Shown piece after piece: positions 63,736-64,000 of a DNA stretch of 64,000 nucleotides (position 1 is its first letter; every line of letters begins with the position of its first letter). This DNA comes from Candidatus Latescibacterota bacterium (GTDB lineage: Bacteria > Latescibacterota > UBA2968), in NCBI GenBank assembly GCA_965198115.1, contig OZ240241.1, forward strand, positions 6,080,001 to 6,144,000. Reading direction: 5' to 3'. Under the pieces are notes generated by a model. The model did no database searches. It saw only the letters and a program-made list of their open reading frames with translations, and was not told the DNA's origin. The position numbers were made by a program, and so were the translations under genes.

Positions 63736-64000
63736 TTTTTTATGCATAATTCAGGCTAATGCACGAGTAAGTACCGAGTTCCGATTGATCCCGAAATGCG
63801 ATTGAAAGAGACTGTGGTCTCTGGATGCAATCCTGTATCATCTGTCTTCTGTTACTCAGCTCACAACAGGTTCGCGGTCGGGAAACCGCTCCCACCGGTC
63901 ATCGAGCGAAGCCATACCGCACACAGCCCACCGCCGACCGCCCACGTTCTACTCATCCGTCACGCACCCCTCGCTCGCTGTCTTCACGTTCTTGATGTAC

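Larger units (their letters stand above)
59362..63755 (-). mobile_element. IS1380-family element containing nested IS256 and ISL3
   Basis: IRs CCTGAATCATGCAT / CCTGAATTATGCAT; 4-bp TSD CTAA. Confidence 0.9.

Noticed and set aside
1-64000. CRISPR arrays, rRNA, tRNA, prophage, known anti-phage defence operons
   Set aside because: No repeat-spacer arrays, RNA gene signatures or hallmark proteins were seen. Only a PIN TA pair is present.

Overview
GC-rich Gram-negative bacterial chromosome window. The DUF6785-type transporter and gene mix suggest an uncultured lineage such as Ca. Latescibacterota, but this is inference only. Left to right: ccmABCD and a TrmH methyltransferase; then a translationally coupled + strand cluster of an Omp85 barrel, a metallophosphoesterase lipoprotein, a HipA/PI4K-like kinase-fold lipoprotein and an NTT (ATP/ADP translocase-like) carrier, followed by an NTT-HEAT protein and a cNMP-binding protein. 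After these come a response regulator, two 7TM sensor kinases, a TolC-MFP-RND efflux set and a PIN toxin-antitoxin pair. A minus-strand block contains a strikingly ANKH-like membrane protein and a CPBP-protease/pectate-lyase-2-like fusion. Further on are a UvrD helicase with an inserted DEDDh exonuclease, lpxH-like, glpK, an enolase-superfamily dehydratase, a GT-C/TPR protein, tesA-ybbP-ybbA and a nested IS island. Nine IS elements from five families (IS200, ISAzo13 x2, ISL3 x3 plus one mini-ISL3, IS256, IS1380) cover about 11 kb (about 17%). About 20 single-base frameshifts, many in homopolymers, look like long-read consensus errors. The best candidate for an undescribed system is the Omp85/phosphatase/kinase/NTT/NTT-HEAT/cNMP module, possibly extracytoplasmic phosphorylation fuelled by ATP export. 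All assignments come from motif reading, not database searches.
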